From Dehalococcoidia bacterium (GTDB lineage: Bacteria; Chloroflexota; Dehalococcoidia; Plut-88900), in contig OZ240215.1 of the NCBI GenBank assembly GCA_965197585.1, positions 2,560,001 through 2,624,000 on the forward strand: DNA of 64,000 nucleotides. Direction: 5' to 3'. Numbering within the stretch: the first letter of the stretch is position 1; the number at the start of each line of letters is the position of its first letter. Positions 37,103 through 47,455 of this stretch are shown piece by piece. The position numbers were made by a program, and so were the translations under genes. The notes below the pieces were generated by a model. It was not told the origin of the DNA. It saw nothing but the letters and a program-made list of their open reading frames with translations, and did not search any database.

Positions 37103-40100
37103 ATGGCACCACTATCCCGCCTTGCTTGCCATCCGAACCTGAGGACTCCCCAATATGGGAGCTCCCGGGCCCTGGCGCTGGTCATGGTGCTCACCGGCCT
37201 GCTTATCGCCACTGTGGTCGCGGGAGGTCCCGCAACCCATCTTGCCCATGCGCAAACGGCCGACTCCTCTATCCAGTACGCTGAGAACGGCACGGCCCCG
37301 GTCGGCACCTTCAATGCCCATGACCAGGACGGCGATGTCATCGAGTGGTCTCTTAGCGGTCCCGACGTCGACCTGTTTTCCATCGACGGCGGCGTGCTGA
37401 GCTTCAGGAGCCCGCCCAACTACGAGGACCCGCAGTCCGCGGCAAGGGGCGGCCTGCGGGCGGAGGGACACGTGTACAGGGTGACCATCGAAGCATCCGG
37501 GGGCGTTCATTATGTGGCCGTGAGGGTCACGGATGTGGACGACGCAGGAACGGTGACCATAGACAGACAACAGCCCCAGGTAGACCGGCCCCTGGGAGCA
37601 AGCCTGTCGGACGAGGACGAGGGTGTGAGGTCCGAGAGATGGCAGTGGGCGAGGTCCCGGAACGGAACGGCTTGGACGGACATACGGGGAGCGACGGCGC
37701 CGAGGCGTCCCCCGGCGCCGGATGACGTGGGCATGTACCTGCGTGCGACGGTCGCCTACTCCGACGGGTTCGGCCCAGGCAAGACCGTCTGGGCGGTCAG
37801 CGCCTACCGGGTGGAGGCCAGGACTCTGTACAACGCCGCTCCCTCCTTTGCCGACCGGCACGAGAATGAAGGCCTTCTCTTCACCCGGTCCGTGGCCGAG
37901 AACACGGCCCCCGGCAAGAACGTGGGCAGGCCTGTATCGGCGACGGACGCCGACGCCGACATCCTGTTCTACGAGCTGCTGAACACCCCCGACCTGGAGG
38001 ATGAACATGGTGACGCCAGGTTCACAATCGACAGCGCCTCCGGTCAGATCCGGGTAGGCAAGCCGCTGGGAGCGGACGCCGAGGAGCCGGAGGACGAGGA
38101 TGCTACCGCTCTCTGGGGCGGCGCTGCACCGCCCGAGGAAGATGCCGGGGACGCCCTCAATGGCGAGTACATCCTGCGCGTGAGGGCAAGTGACCCGTCG
38201 ACCTCCTCCGCCACGGTGAGCGTGATCGTTACGGTCGCCAATGTGAACGAGGCTCCTGCCTTCGATGAGGACGCACCGGCGGCGCTGAGAGTTACGGAGG
38301 TCGCAGTTCCTCCGGTCATCACCGTTGGGGATAGCGGCATCCCGGTTGATGTCGATACCTATGCCGCGACCGACCAGGACGGTGACGACACCACCTTCAC
38401 GTACTCGGTGTCCGGCGCCGACAGCGATGTCCTTGCCTTCGACGACGGTGGCATCCTGAGCTTCAGGGCTGGCCACGAGCCCGACCACGAGGAGCAGAGC
38501 TCCTACTCGATAACAGTCGTGGCCCGCTCCGGCGAGGGCGCCCGCAGGCTAACCACCACAATGGACGTGACCATCGATGTTGTGGACGGGGAAGACGCCG
38601 GAGCGGTGGTCCTATCCCAGAGGCAGCCGCAGGTTGGCATTACCGTACATGCCACGGCCCGCGATCCCGACGGGGGCGTGAGAATCGCCGGGTGGGTGTG
38701 GGAACTGTCAGACTATGTCACCGTGAATGAGAGAGGCACACCGTCGGCCGAGTGCCGGGACGACCCGGGCACACCCGATATCGATGTCGTTGTCGGCTGG
38801 GCCACGATAGGCAGAGCCTCGGCGTCGAACTACACCCCGACGCCGGCTGATGTAGGCAGGTGCCTGAGGGTGACGGTCACCTACACAGACAACATAGGCG
38901 ACGCTCAAGATCAGGTAACGGAGGTTGCGGAAGCTCCTGCCCAGAGAGCCAAAACCGCCAACGCTGCACCGAAGTTCGTTGACCAGGACCTGAACTCCCC
39001 GGGAGACCAGTCGGACAGGACGAGCCGGAAGGTGGCGGAGAACACGAAGGCCGGGCAGAGCGTCGGAACACCGGTCAGCGCCTTTGACGAAGACGGTGAC
39101 CTGCTGATCTACACCATCGGCGACGCCGACGCCAGGTTCTTCGGCATAGTGAGGGACGATGGCCAGCTGAAGGCAAAGGCCCCTCTAAACTTCGAGGCAA
39201 GGAGAAGATACACGGTAGTGGTGACCGCCACCGACCCGTCGGGAGCTGCGGACTCAATACAGGTCACAATCAATGTCACAGATGTGGACGACCCCGTGGA
39301 CATAACCGGAATCAGCTCAGCGAACTACGCTGAGAACGGTACGGGCCCGGTCGCCAGCTTCAGTGCGTTTGACGAGGGTGAACATACTATCGAGTGGTCT
39401 CTGAGCGGTCCCGACAACGACCTCTTCACCATCAGTGGTGGCGTACTGGCCTTCAGGGAACCCCCCAACTACGAAGAGCCGCAGTCTGCGGCGGCAGTCG
39501 GTCAGCGAGCGGAGGAGAGCGTGTACAGAGTGACAGTTGAAGCTGCCGGCGGCACCCACGACGTCACCGTCATAGTCACGGACGTGGACGAGGCGGGAGC
39601 GGCGAGCATAGTCAGGCCGCAGCCCCAGGTCGCCCGGCTGCTTGGGGCCAGTCTGTCGGATGAAGATGGCGGGGTGAAGGCCGAGAGGTGGCGGTGGGCG
39701 AGATCCGGAGATGGCACTAACTGGACGGACATAGAGGGGGCGACGGCGCCGGGGCGGAGGCCGGCGCCGGGTGACGTTGGTATGTACCTGCGTGCGACGG
39801 TCACCTACTCCGACAGGTTCGGACCGAACAAGACCGCCTCGGCGGTGAGCGCCTACCGGGTGGAGGCCACGGCCCTGTTCAATGACGCCCCCTCCTTCGC
39901 CGGCCAGGATGACGAAGAGGCCACCTCCTACATCGACGTCGCCCGGTCCCTCTCCGAGAACACGCCCGCGGGCATGAACATAGGCCAGCCGGTGGCGGCG
40001 ACGGACGCCGACAACGACATACTGTTCTACGAGTTGCTGGACACCCCCGACCTTGAGGATCAAGGTGGCCGCGTCAGGTTCACCATCGACAGCGGCTCCG

Positions 40101-41440
40101 GTCAGTTAAGGGTCGGCAGGGCGCTGGGGGCTGACCCCATGGAGACCGAAGACGAGGACTCTACGGCCCTGGCTGGCGGCCCAGCGCTGCCGTCTGGTGA
40201 AGCTGCCGATGCCGCCGGCGACAACAAGTACGTCCTGCGGGTAAGGGTGAGTGACCCGTCCACCGCCTCGGACACGGTGAACGTGATCGTCACGGTCACA
40301 AAGGTGAACGAGGCCCCTCACTTCATCAAAGAGGACGTACCTACGGTACTGCAAGTTACGGAGAATGCGGACACGGTCATCACGATTGGGGACGGCGACA
40401 CGCCGGTGGATGCCGACACCTACGCCGTGGCGGACCAGGACGGCGACGTTACCGGCCCTGACGGCTATGACGACACCACCTACGCATACTCGGTGTCCGG
40501 CGCCGACAGCGACGTCCTTGCCTTCAACACCGCGGGCATCCTGAGCTTCAAGGCGGGCCATGAGCCCGACTTCGAAGAGCAGAGTTCGTACTCGATAGCC
40601 GTCGTAGCCCGCTCAGGCGATGGCCCCCGAGGGCTGACCGCCACACTGGAGGTGACCGTCAACGTGGTGGATGAAGAAGACGCCGGAGCGGTGTTCATGT
40701 CCCAGAGGCAGCCGCAGGTTGGAATTGTGGTACATGCCACGGCCAGCGACGAAGACGGCGGCGTGACCATCACAAGGTGGGTGTGGGAGCGGTCGGAGGA
40801 GGTCGTCGTAAATGAGAGAGGCGCCCCGTCGGCCGAGTGCCGGGATGAGCAGTCTACGCCCGGAATCGATGTCGTCCGCGACTGGACCCCGATAGCTGGA
40901 GCCACGTCGGCAGTCTACGCCCCGAAGCCGGCCGACGTGGGCAGGTGTCTGCGGGCGACGGCGTTCTACACGGACAACATAGGCGGCGCTGAAGAGCCGG
41001 CAACCGGAGCGTTGGAAGTTCCTGCACGAGGCAGCAATCCCGCCGGCACCGCTCCGACAACGGACAGCGGTTTTGTAAATGCCGCACCCGTGTTCCCCGA
41101 TCAGGACTTCCTCACCGAGGGCGACCAGTCGGACAGGACGAGCCGGGAGGTGGCCGAGAACACGAAGGCCGGGCGGAGCATCGGATCGCCGGTCAGGGCC
41201 GGTGACGATGACGGTGACCTGCTGATCTACACCCTGGGTGGTGTGGATGCCGGGTCCTTCGCCATAACCAGGAACGATGGCCAGCTGAAGACGAAAGCAG
41301 ACCTCAACTACGAAGGCAAGAACAGCTACACGGTGGTGGTGACTGCCACCGACCCGTCGGGCGCCATGGACAGCATGACCGTGACCATCGGCGTCACCGA
41401 TGAGGACGACCCCGCGGTAATAAGGGTTCTATATAGGTGA
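37103..41440 (+). CDS. Large secreted cadherin/Ig-like repeat surface protein
   Basis: Signal ending AHA-Q; repeated AEN..G..VG.PV.A.D.D.D, NYE/DFE, V.V.DVDE and QPQV motifs; two ~700-aa internal units. Confidence 0.88.
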   Translation: MAPLSRLACHPNLRTPQYGSSRALALVMVLTGLLIATVVAGGPATHLAHAQTADSSIQYAENGTAPVGTFNAHDQDGDVIEWSLSGPDVDLFSIDGGVLSFRSPPNYEDPQSAARGGLRAEGHVYRVTIEASGGVHYVAVRVTDVDDAGTVTIDRQQPQVDRPLGASLSDEDEGVRSERWQWARSRNGTAWTDIRGATAPRRPPAPDDVGMYLRATVAYSDGFGPGKTVWAVSAYRVEARTLYNAAPSFADRHENEGLLFTRSVAENTAPGKNVGRPVSATDADADILFYELLNTPDLEDEHGDARFTIDSASGQIRVGKPLGADAEEPEDEDATALWGGAAPPEEDAGDALNGEYILRVRASDPSTSSATVSVIVTVANVNEAPAFDEDAPAALRVTEVAVPPVITVGDSGIPVDVDTYAATDQDGDDTTFTYSVSGADSDVLAFDDGGILSFRAGHEPDHEEQSSYSITVVARSGEGARRLTTTMDVTIDVVDGEDAGAVVLSQRQPQVGITVHATARDPDGGVRIAGWVWELSDYVTVNERGTPSAECRDDPGTPDIDVVVGWATIGRASASNYTPTPADVGRCLRVTVTYTDNIGDAQDQVTEVAEAPAQRAKTANAAPKFVDQDLNSPGDQSDRTSRKVAENTKAGQSVGTPVSAFDEDGDLLIYTIGDADARFFGIVRDDGQLKAKAPLNFEARRRYTVVVTATDPSGAADSIQVTINVTDVDDPVDITGISSANYAENGTGPVASFSAFDEGEHTIEWSLSGPDNDLFTISGGVLAFREPPNYEEPQSAAAVGQRAEESVYRVTVEAAGGTHDVTVIVTDVDEAGAASIVRPQPQVARLLGASLSDEDGGVKAERWRWARSGDGTNWTDIEGATAPGRRPAPGDVGMYLRATVTYSDRFGPNKTASAVSAYRVEATALFNDAPSFAGQDDEEATSYIDVARSLSENTPAGMNIGQPVAATDADNDILFYELLDTPDLEDQGGRVRFTIDSGSGQLRVGRALGADPMETEDEDSTALAGGPALPSGEAADAAGDNKYVLRVRVSDPSTASDTVNVIVTVTKVNEAPHFIKEDVPTVLQVTENADTVITIGDGDTPVDADTYAVADQDGDVTGPDGYDDTTYAYSVSGADSDVLAFNTAGILSFKAGHEPDFEEQSSYSIAVVARSGDGPRGLTATLEVTVNVVDEEDAGAVFMSQRQPQVGIVVHATASDEDGGVTITRWVWERSEEVVVNERGAPSAECRDEQSTPGIDVVRDWTPIAGATSAVYAPKPADVGRCLRATAFYTDNIGGAEEPATGALEVPARGSNPAGTAPTTDSGFVNAAPVFPDQDFLTEGDQSDRTSREVAENTKAGRSIGSPVRAGDDDGDLLIYTLGGVDAGSFAITRNDGQLKTKADLNYEGKNSYTVVVTATDPSGAMDSMTVTIGVTDEDDPAVIRVLYR

Positions 41441-41529
41441 GATCAGCGATAGGCCCTGCAAGGATGGGTCCTGTGGATGGGAGCAAGTGCCGAGCCGGGG
41501 CGCTTGGAAACCGGACCCTCCGATGCCTT

Positions 41530-41761
41530 CGAAGCGCAGATCCTTCTGACAGGAGGCGAGTCCCAGTCAGAGGGCCACATGGGTCCTGCGGGCACCGCTG
41601 TTGCCGAAGGTGACAACGTTCTCACGCCTGTCCACGTACTCGCAGCCTTCAAACCGCATGAGTGGGCGCCTGTTCACCGACGGCATGGCCGGCAAGTCAG
41701 AGGCGTCCAGGCTCCTGGAGGCAGGGAAGCGTGCAGCTTCATTCCAGCGCTCCACCGGCAA
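41530..41761 (-). mobile_element. istB: IS21-family istB helper ATPase remnant
   Basis: AARFPA.RSLD..D..AMPSVN...CEYVDRRENVV.FGNSG..RTHVAL*LGLASCQK is a decayed IstB with a broken Walker A and an internal stop. Confidence 0.75.
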
Positions 41762-41888
41762 TCCGGGTTGACCCTATAGACTCCATCGAACTTCACGATG
41801 GACAGAACCATCTCAGCGATGTGGCTCGTCCCAGCAGGAAGCTCGGCGAAAGTGCAAGTGGAGCTGTGTCTCGCCGCCGTCCCCCACT

Positions 41889-42566
41889 CTAAGCTAGGGT
41901 CACGATGGCCAAGGCCCGTCGCCAAGCCTCCGTATCGTGTCCCCCCATAACCTTGATGGCCAACATCACATTGGCCATCCCGCACTGTACGCGGCCACTG
42001 GCCATTCTTAGGAGCGCCGGACGAGCTCTCATAATCTCCTCCGCTTCCCCGGAGAGGCCAATGGCGTGGTGCAGGACTTCGCTGCCTATCTTGTTGAGCG
42101 ATATGCTGGCTTCCAGGAGCCCGTCCTTCCCATGTGACCCGGTCGCCCACCGATCTATTGCCCCACGAGCGAATTCCACCAACTGCCTCGACCGACCGGT
42201 AAACTTCTTACCGATCTGCGCATTGATGTGCTCTACGTACCTATCCCGAAAACTTGAATCTATAGCAGCCGCGAGGGAGTACTCTGACCGTTCTTGCAGG
42301 GGTCTTATGAGTGACGTAGCTACCGTCCATCGTCCCGCTGCCGCTTCCATGCGTATTGCGCAAGCGAACTCGTAGACATCTCGTGTCACATAGTCGAGAA
42401 ACTCACCTTTGGCCGACGCAGCCCAAGGGGTGTCGCGAACAAGCTGAGAAAAGGCCTTGAGCAGCTGGTCAAGATACCCAAAGTCTGCTCCGGCGTCCTC
42501 CGGCAGCGCCTGCAAGTCAGGGGTGCCTAAGGCGATTTCAAGTGTGAACCGCATCGTATGTTTCAC
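41889..42566 (-). CDS. Hypothetical alpha-helical protein
   Basis: 225-aa ORF. LIRPLQE and the distal LHH loosely recall HEPN/DUF5677-like families; not confirmed. Confidence 0.5.
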   Translation of the reverse strand: MKHTMRFTLEIALGTPDLQALPEDAGADFGYLDQLLKAFSQLVRDTPWAASAKGEFLDYVTRDVYEFACAIRMEAAAGRWTVATSLIRPLQERSEYSLAAAIDSSFRDRYVEHINAQIGKKFTGRSRQLVEFARGAIDRWATGSHGKDGLLEASISLNKIGSEVLHHAIGLSGEAEEIMRARPALLRMASGRVQCGMANVMLAIKVMGGHDTEAWRRALAIVTLA

Positions 42567-42614
42567 AGGCGTCCCTCAACTAGCCAAGTGATTTGAAAAC
42601 CCTCTCCCATTGAA

Positions 42615-45020
42615 TCAGCAAGACACGTTCGTCGCATCATCACGTCCATTTCTCTCGTTCACGGAATCTCCTCCTCCCTGCGACTCCCTCTTCGGCATCC
42701 GGTAGCCGACGCGGAACTGGGTGAAGATGTAGGCGGGGTCTTCGGCGTCGTCGCCCAGCTTGCGACGGATGCTGTTTATGGTGGTCCGCATGGGGCGAAT
42801 GTCGGCGTCGGCGTCGAGCCCCCAGACCCGGCGCAGCAGAGTCTCGTAGGTCAGTACCCGTCCGGCGTTGGTCGAGAGCTCGGCCAGCGTCCCGTACTCC
42901 TTGGCAGTCAGCTCAACCGGGCGACCGGCGAGGGTCACCCGACGCTCGTCATAGTCGATGGTCAGATCGCCCAATATATAGAGCTCCGACGGCTTGGGGA
43001 CCTCGCGCCTGCGCAGAGCGGCCCTGATCCTGGCTAACAGCTCCGTCGGCGAGAAGGGCTTGACCACGTAGTCGGCGGCCCCCATGTCGAAGGCCCTGGC
43101 GACGAGCTTGTCCTGGCCGTAGGCGGACAGGAAGATGACCGGTACGTCTCTCGTCTCGGCGATGTCCTTCATCAGGTCGATCCCGTCGGTCCCCGGCAGC
43201 ACCAGGTCCAGCAGGACCAGGTGGGGCTTATACTCCTCCACGAGACGCAGCGCCTCCCCTGGGTCGGCGGTCACCATCGGTTCGAACCCCGACCTCATGA
43301 GGGTGTCGCGGACGTACCTGAGCGCCTGGGGATCGTCGTCCACAGCCAGGATGCGCAACTGCTCCGCCCGTCGCGGAGCGCGGGACGAGGGCCGAGCGGA
43401 GGTCACCGGAGAGACGTACCCGGCCTGCTCCACCGTCGGAAGGGTGAAGGTGAACCGTGCGCCCAGGCCCGGCCCGTCGCTCTTGGCCCAGATGCGGCCC
43501 CCGAGCGCTTCAACTATCCCCTTGCAGATGGCAAGGCCCAGGCCCGTGTCGCCCCCCTGTTCCTGGGACTCGATCCGGGAGAACTTGCGGAACAGGTGCG
43601 GCAGGCTCTCGGCGGGGATGCCTCTGCCCTGGTCGGATACCGACACCGCGACGTGGACCCCCTCCCCCACGGCGGTCACCCGGATGATGGACGACACAGG
43701 CGAGTGCCTGGCCGCGTTGATCAGCAGGTTGCCCAGCACCTGCACCATGCGCAGCCTGTCGGCCATGACCCAGGGCAGGTCCGGCGCAAGGTCGATTTCG
43801 ATGTCGTGCCGGCCCCCGCCGCTGCGGAATCCGTTGCGGGCCTCGCTAATCAGTATGCCCACGTCGGTCGGTTCAGGTGAGACCGAAAGCGTCCCCGTCT
43901 CGATGCGGGCCACGTCCAGCAGGTCGCTTATCAGCACGTGCATCCTGTCGACCTGCGCGTCGATGATCTGGTGAAACTGCCTCATCTCGGCGGGGTTCAG
44001 CGGAGAGGGCGGGTCCAGCAGCGTCGTGATGGATCCCTTGACCGAGGTGAGCGGGGTGCGCAGCTCGTGGCTCACCATGGCCAGGAACTCAGCTCGCAGA
44101 CGCTCAAGCTCCTCCAGCGCCGTCATGTCCTGCAGGGTCACGACGCAGGACTCGACCTCCCCGTTCCCCGACCGGATGGGAGTGGCGTTCACCAAGGTGG
44201 TGACGCTACGCCCGTCGGGGACCTCGATGACGATCTCCTCGGCCCGCACCGTATCCCCTGCGATCAGCTCCTTAGCTATGTCGAACGGAGAGATCTTCCG
44301 TCCGTCGGCCCGCCGATAAGACAGAACCTCCAGCAACTGCTCCGAGGATTGGTCGGGGTCGCGCAGGCTCTCGACGATTCGCACCGCCTCCTGGTTGAAC
44401 GACACCGGCGCCCCAGTCCTGGCGTCGAAGACCGCCACACCCACCGGAGAGGTGTTGATCAGCGTCTCCAGATCGTTCCTGGCCCGCTGTTCCTCCCGAT
44501 ACCGGCGGGCATTGGCGATCACCATCGCCGCCTGGGACGCGAACATCACCAGCGTCTCCTCGTCCTCCTGGGTATATTCACCTTCCTTCTCGTCAAGGTA
44601 GATGGTGCCCAAGTGCTCGCCCTGGTGGCGGATTGGAGCAGCCAGAAAGGACATGAGGTCCGGGGGGAACTCGGGCAGATCTAGCGTCCGGGCGTGGCTG
44701 GGGAAGTCCCGCAGTCGCAGCGGTTCCTGGATACTGCCAACGTAATCAAAGAACCTAACCCGGTCCGGCTCGGCCCATTGCTTCCGTCCCTGCTCGGGCG
44801 TCATGCCGGAGCCGAAGAATTCCCGCATCTGCCCGGCATCGTCGAGGAGGATGAACACGCCGTAGCGCGACCTGGTCAGGTCACGGGCGGAGTCCAGGAC
44901 CCCCTGGAGCACCGTGTCCAAGTCCAGGGATTCGTTGATGCGCAGGCTGGCCTCGCTCAGCCTGGACAGCCGGTCTCGCAGGGCCTGAATCTCTAGGTCT
45001 CGCGCATCGTCACGGTTCAT
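42615..45020 (-). CDS. Hybrid GAF-PAS-HisKA-HATPase-REC-winged-helix sensor kinase/response regulator
   Basis: SHELRTPL, NLLINA, GTGLGL, AVDDD, LLDLVLP and KPFS, plus a C-terminal OmpR-type domain (LTAKEY..VGYR). Confidence 0.92.
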   Translation of the reverse strand: MNRDDARDLEIQALRDRLSRLSEASLRINESLDLDTVLQGVLDSARDLTRSRYGVFILLDDAGQMREFFGSGMTPEQGRKQWAEPDRVRFFDYVGSIQEPLRLRDFPSHARTLDLPEFPPDLMSFLAAPIRHQGEHLGTIYLDEKEGEYTQEDEETLVMFASQAAMVIANARRYREEQRARNDLETLINTSPVGVAVFDARTGAPVSFNQEAVRIVESLRDPDQSSEQLLEVLSYRRADGRKISPFDIAKELIAGDTVRAEEIVIEVPDGRSVTTLVNATPIRSGNGEVESCVVTLQDMTALEELERLRAEFLAMVSHELRTPLTSVKGSITTLLDPPSPLNPAEMRQFHQIIDAQVDRMHVLISDLLDVARIETGTLSVSPEPTDVGILISEARNGFRSGGGRHDIEIDLAPDLPWVMADRLRMVQVLGNLLINAARHSPVSSIIRVTAVGEGVHVAVSVSDQGRGIPAESLPHLFRKFSRIESQEQGGDTGLGLAICKGIVEALGGRIWAKSDGPGLGARFTFTLPTVEQAGYVSPVTSARPSSRAPRRAEQLRILAVDDDPQALRYVRDTLMRSGFEPMVTADPGEALRLVEEYKPHLVLLDLVLPGTDGIDLMKDIAETRDVPVIFLSAYGQDKLVARAFDMGAADYVVKPFSPTELLARIRAALRRREVPKPSELYILGDLTIDYDERRVTLAGRPVELTAKEYGTLAELSTNAGRVLTYETLLRRVWGLDADADIRPMRTTINSIRRKLGDDAEDPAYIFTQFRVGYRMPKRESQGGGDSVNERNGRDDATNVSC

Positions 45021-45619
45021 TTCTACGCCTCTCTTGGGCTGTGGAAGGCCCCTAATCTCCAAACCAACGTGCAGCGGCTGGATGTGGATTCCGAATTTGA
45101 CGCTACCGGGCCATTATACCGGCTATTGCCCGAAACTCATACTAACTTAATACCAATTGACCGATAATCTCACGTCCATCTTACATGTCCTCTGTATATT
45201 GGATTGGATTGACCCATCGAGAGGGAGATGCTCACATGGCGCTCGACAGACCGGTACATGCACCCGAGACGGCGGGCGGAACGGCGGCGCGGGCCGTCGC
45301 TGCGTCCGCCGCGCTGGTTAACGGATCGCCGGCCACGCATGCCTGTCCCGTCAGGCCAGCCGGCGGCAACTCGACGCTGACGACCCACCACTCTCGATGG
45401 CGCGGTCGCCAGGGTGACGTTACCCCATCCCGCGAACGCGAGGAGACCAAGCCCTCCGCTGACGCACGCCCGGACGGCGCGCTCCCGGGCTCAGGTGCAG
45501 GTCCAGACTGCTCAGACGCCGGCCTCTTCCACAGGACTGCGTCCCCGGTGTGGCTTATCCGTCCCTTCCAGAGTTCGGCTGCCGAACTCAACTAGGAAAA
45601 AAAGAAGGAGTCAATAGCA

Positions 45620-46489
45620 ATGACAATCAGAAATGCAGTCCCACAGTTCGGCATCCGCTGGGCTGTGGCGTTGGCGGTGGTGGCCGCGGTGGCCCTCGCG
45701 GCCCTGCTGGCCGTGGGCTCGCCGGCGTCGGCGCAGAGCTCACTTAATGAAACAGAGATCTTTTCCTCGACGATTACAGTGGGGAGCCACCCCAGCCTCG
45801 ACATCAAGGGTTACTACGACGTGGGCTCCAATACTTATGGGGCGATGTCGTTTTCTGATTTCCCATCTGTTGTCAACAGCGCTAGCGACCACTACTCCAT
45901 TCAGCACTTAATTGATTCCCCAGCTGGTAACCAACTCCACTTGGGATTATTTATACAGCTTGAGGACTTGGACCAGGAAGCCTACACGCTTCACATCGGC
46001 GAGAGATCGTTTGATTTCGCGCATGCCACCTATTCCTTTGAGACAGCCACAAGCATTCACGCTTACTCATGGTCTCTTTCCCCGCGCTTCGGCTGGGCGA
46101 CTGGGCAGACGGTAGCCGTCAAGATCACCGCGCTGCCGATCGTCACCATCGAGGCGGTCACGACCACGGTGGAATACGGCGGAAATGACAATGCCGCCGA
46201 CTCGGTCGCGGAGTTCCGGTTCACCCGCACCGGGGGCACCGACGAGGCGCTGAGCTTCACATTGAATCATTCTGGTCCGGGCTTCTCAGAGAACGCGACG
46301 CGCACGTTCAATGCGGGGCAATCGAGTTTCAGCAACTTTCACTGGGCCGTCGACGTGGACAACAACGGCAATCCGCAATGCTTTATTTCGTGGCAAATCT
46401 TCGATCGGAGCCATTACGTCCGGGGCACCCCAGCTAGTGCGTTGGTGACCGTCGAAGGGCCGGGCACCACCTGCATGTCGGGCATCTAG
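45620..46489 (+). CDS. Secreted protein, cassette array copy 1
   Basis: Signal ending PASA-Q, a variable beta-rich domain and a conserved C-terminus VEYGG..FTR.G.TDEAL..C..W..VEGPGTTCMSGI. Confidence 0.8.
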   Translation: MTIRNAVPQFGIRWAVALAVVAAVALAALLAVGSPASAQSSLNETEIFSSTITVGSHPSLDIKGYYDVGSNTYGAMSFSDFPSVVNSASDHYSIQHLIDSPAGNQLHLGLFIQLEDLDQEAYTLHIGERSFDFAHATYSFETATSIHAYSWSLSPRFGWATGQTVAVKITALPIVTIEAVTTTVEYGGNDNAADSVAEFRFTRTGGTDEALSFTLNHSGPGFSENATRTFNAGQSSFSNFHWAVDVDNNGNPQCFISWQIFDRSHYVRGTPASALVTVEGPGTTCMSGI

Positions 46490-46538
46490 CTCTAGCGCCG
46501 CGCCCTCCCCAGGCCAGAGAAAACGAAGGAGCCAATAG
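46469..46538 (+). repeat. 70-bp identical direct repeat spanning gene end, spacer and RBS
   Basis: acctgcatgtcgggcatctagctctagcgccgcgccctccccaggccagagaaaacgaaggagccaatag, identical at 47378-47447. Confidence 0.85.
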
Positions 46539-46540
46539 CA

Positions 46541-47398
46541 ATGACAATGATAAATGCAGTCCCAAGATTCGGCATCCGTTGGGCGGTCGTGTTGGCGGTG
46601 GTGGCCGCAGTGGCCCTCGCGGCCCTGCTGGCCGTGGGCTCGCCGGCGTCGGCGCAGAGCGCGGGTGATGAAATAGAGATCTGGTCCGCGACGATCACGG
46701 TGGGGATGGAAGGCAGCGGCCGTGGTTTCCACAACCGAGGCGTCCCCGAAGACTATGGGTCCATCTCCGACGATGACTTCAGCGTGGGATCTGACGATTA
46801 CGAAATAGACCTCGTCGCTGATACCGCTGGTTTCAATGGCGTACTCATCTTTGCCGTCAGGCCACAGCTTGATGCCACTTCAGAGCTGCTCTTTACGCTT
46901 CACGTCCGCGGGAGGACGTTCGATTTCAACGATGCAACCGTTGTTGTAGACGGCACCCTACACGCCTACCAATGGAGGGGTATCTCCCGCATCGACTGGG
47001 CTGAAAACGACGAGGTTGTCGTGAAGATCACCGAGAAGAAGTCCATCAGCCTCACGGGGGGTTTAACCGCGAGTCACAAAGTCGTGGAATACGGCGGAAA
47101 CAACAATGCCGCCGAGTCGACGGCGATATTCTGGTTCACCCGCACCGGGAACACGGACGAGGCGCTGACCTTCACCTTCCGTCATGTGCAAAGCGGAGAG
47201 ACCGCCACCCGCACGTTCGAGGCCGGGCAATCGGAATTCTTCAATGCCCACTGGGCCATCGACGTGGACGAGAGCAACAACCCGGTCTGCCTCATCACGT
47301 GGGAGATACTCTCCCCCGTCCCCGGGTACGTCTTTAACTTTAACCCGGCTTTTGCGGAAGTCAAAGGCCCCGGCACGACCTGCATGTCGGGCATCTAG
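46541..47398 (+). CDS. Secreted protein, cassette array copy 2
   Basis: Same signal peptide and C-terminus, divergent centre. Confidence 0.8.
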   Translation: MTMINAVPRFGIRWAVVLAVVAAVALAALLAVGSPASAQSAGDEIEIWSATITVGMEGSGRGFHNRGVPEDYGSISDDDFSVGSDDYEIDLVADTAGFNGVLIFAVRPQLDATSELLFTLHVRGRTFDFNDATVVVDGTLHAYQWRGISRIDWAENDEVVVKITEKKSISLTGGLTASHKVVEYGGNNNAAESTAIFWFTRTGNTDEALTFTFRHVQSGETATRTFEAGQSEFFNAHWAIDVDESNNPVCLITWEILSPVPGYVFNFNPAFAEVKGPGTTCMSGI

Positions 47399-47455
47399 CT
47401 CTAGCGCCGCGCCCTCCCCAGGCCAGAGAAAACGAAGGAGCCAATAGAAATTACA

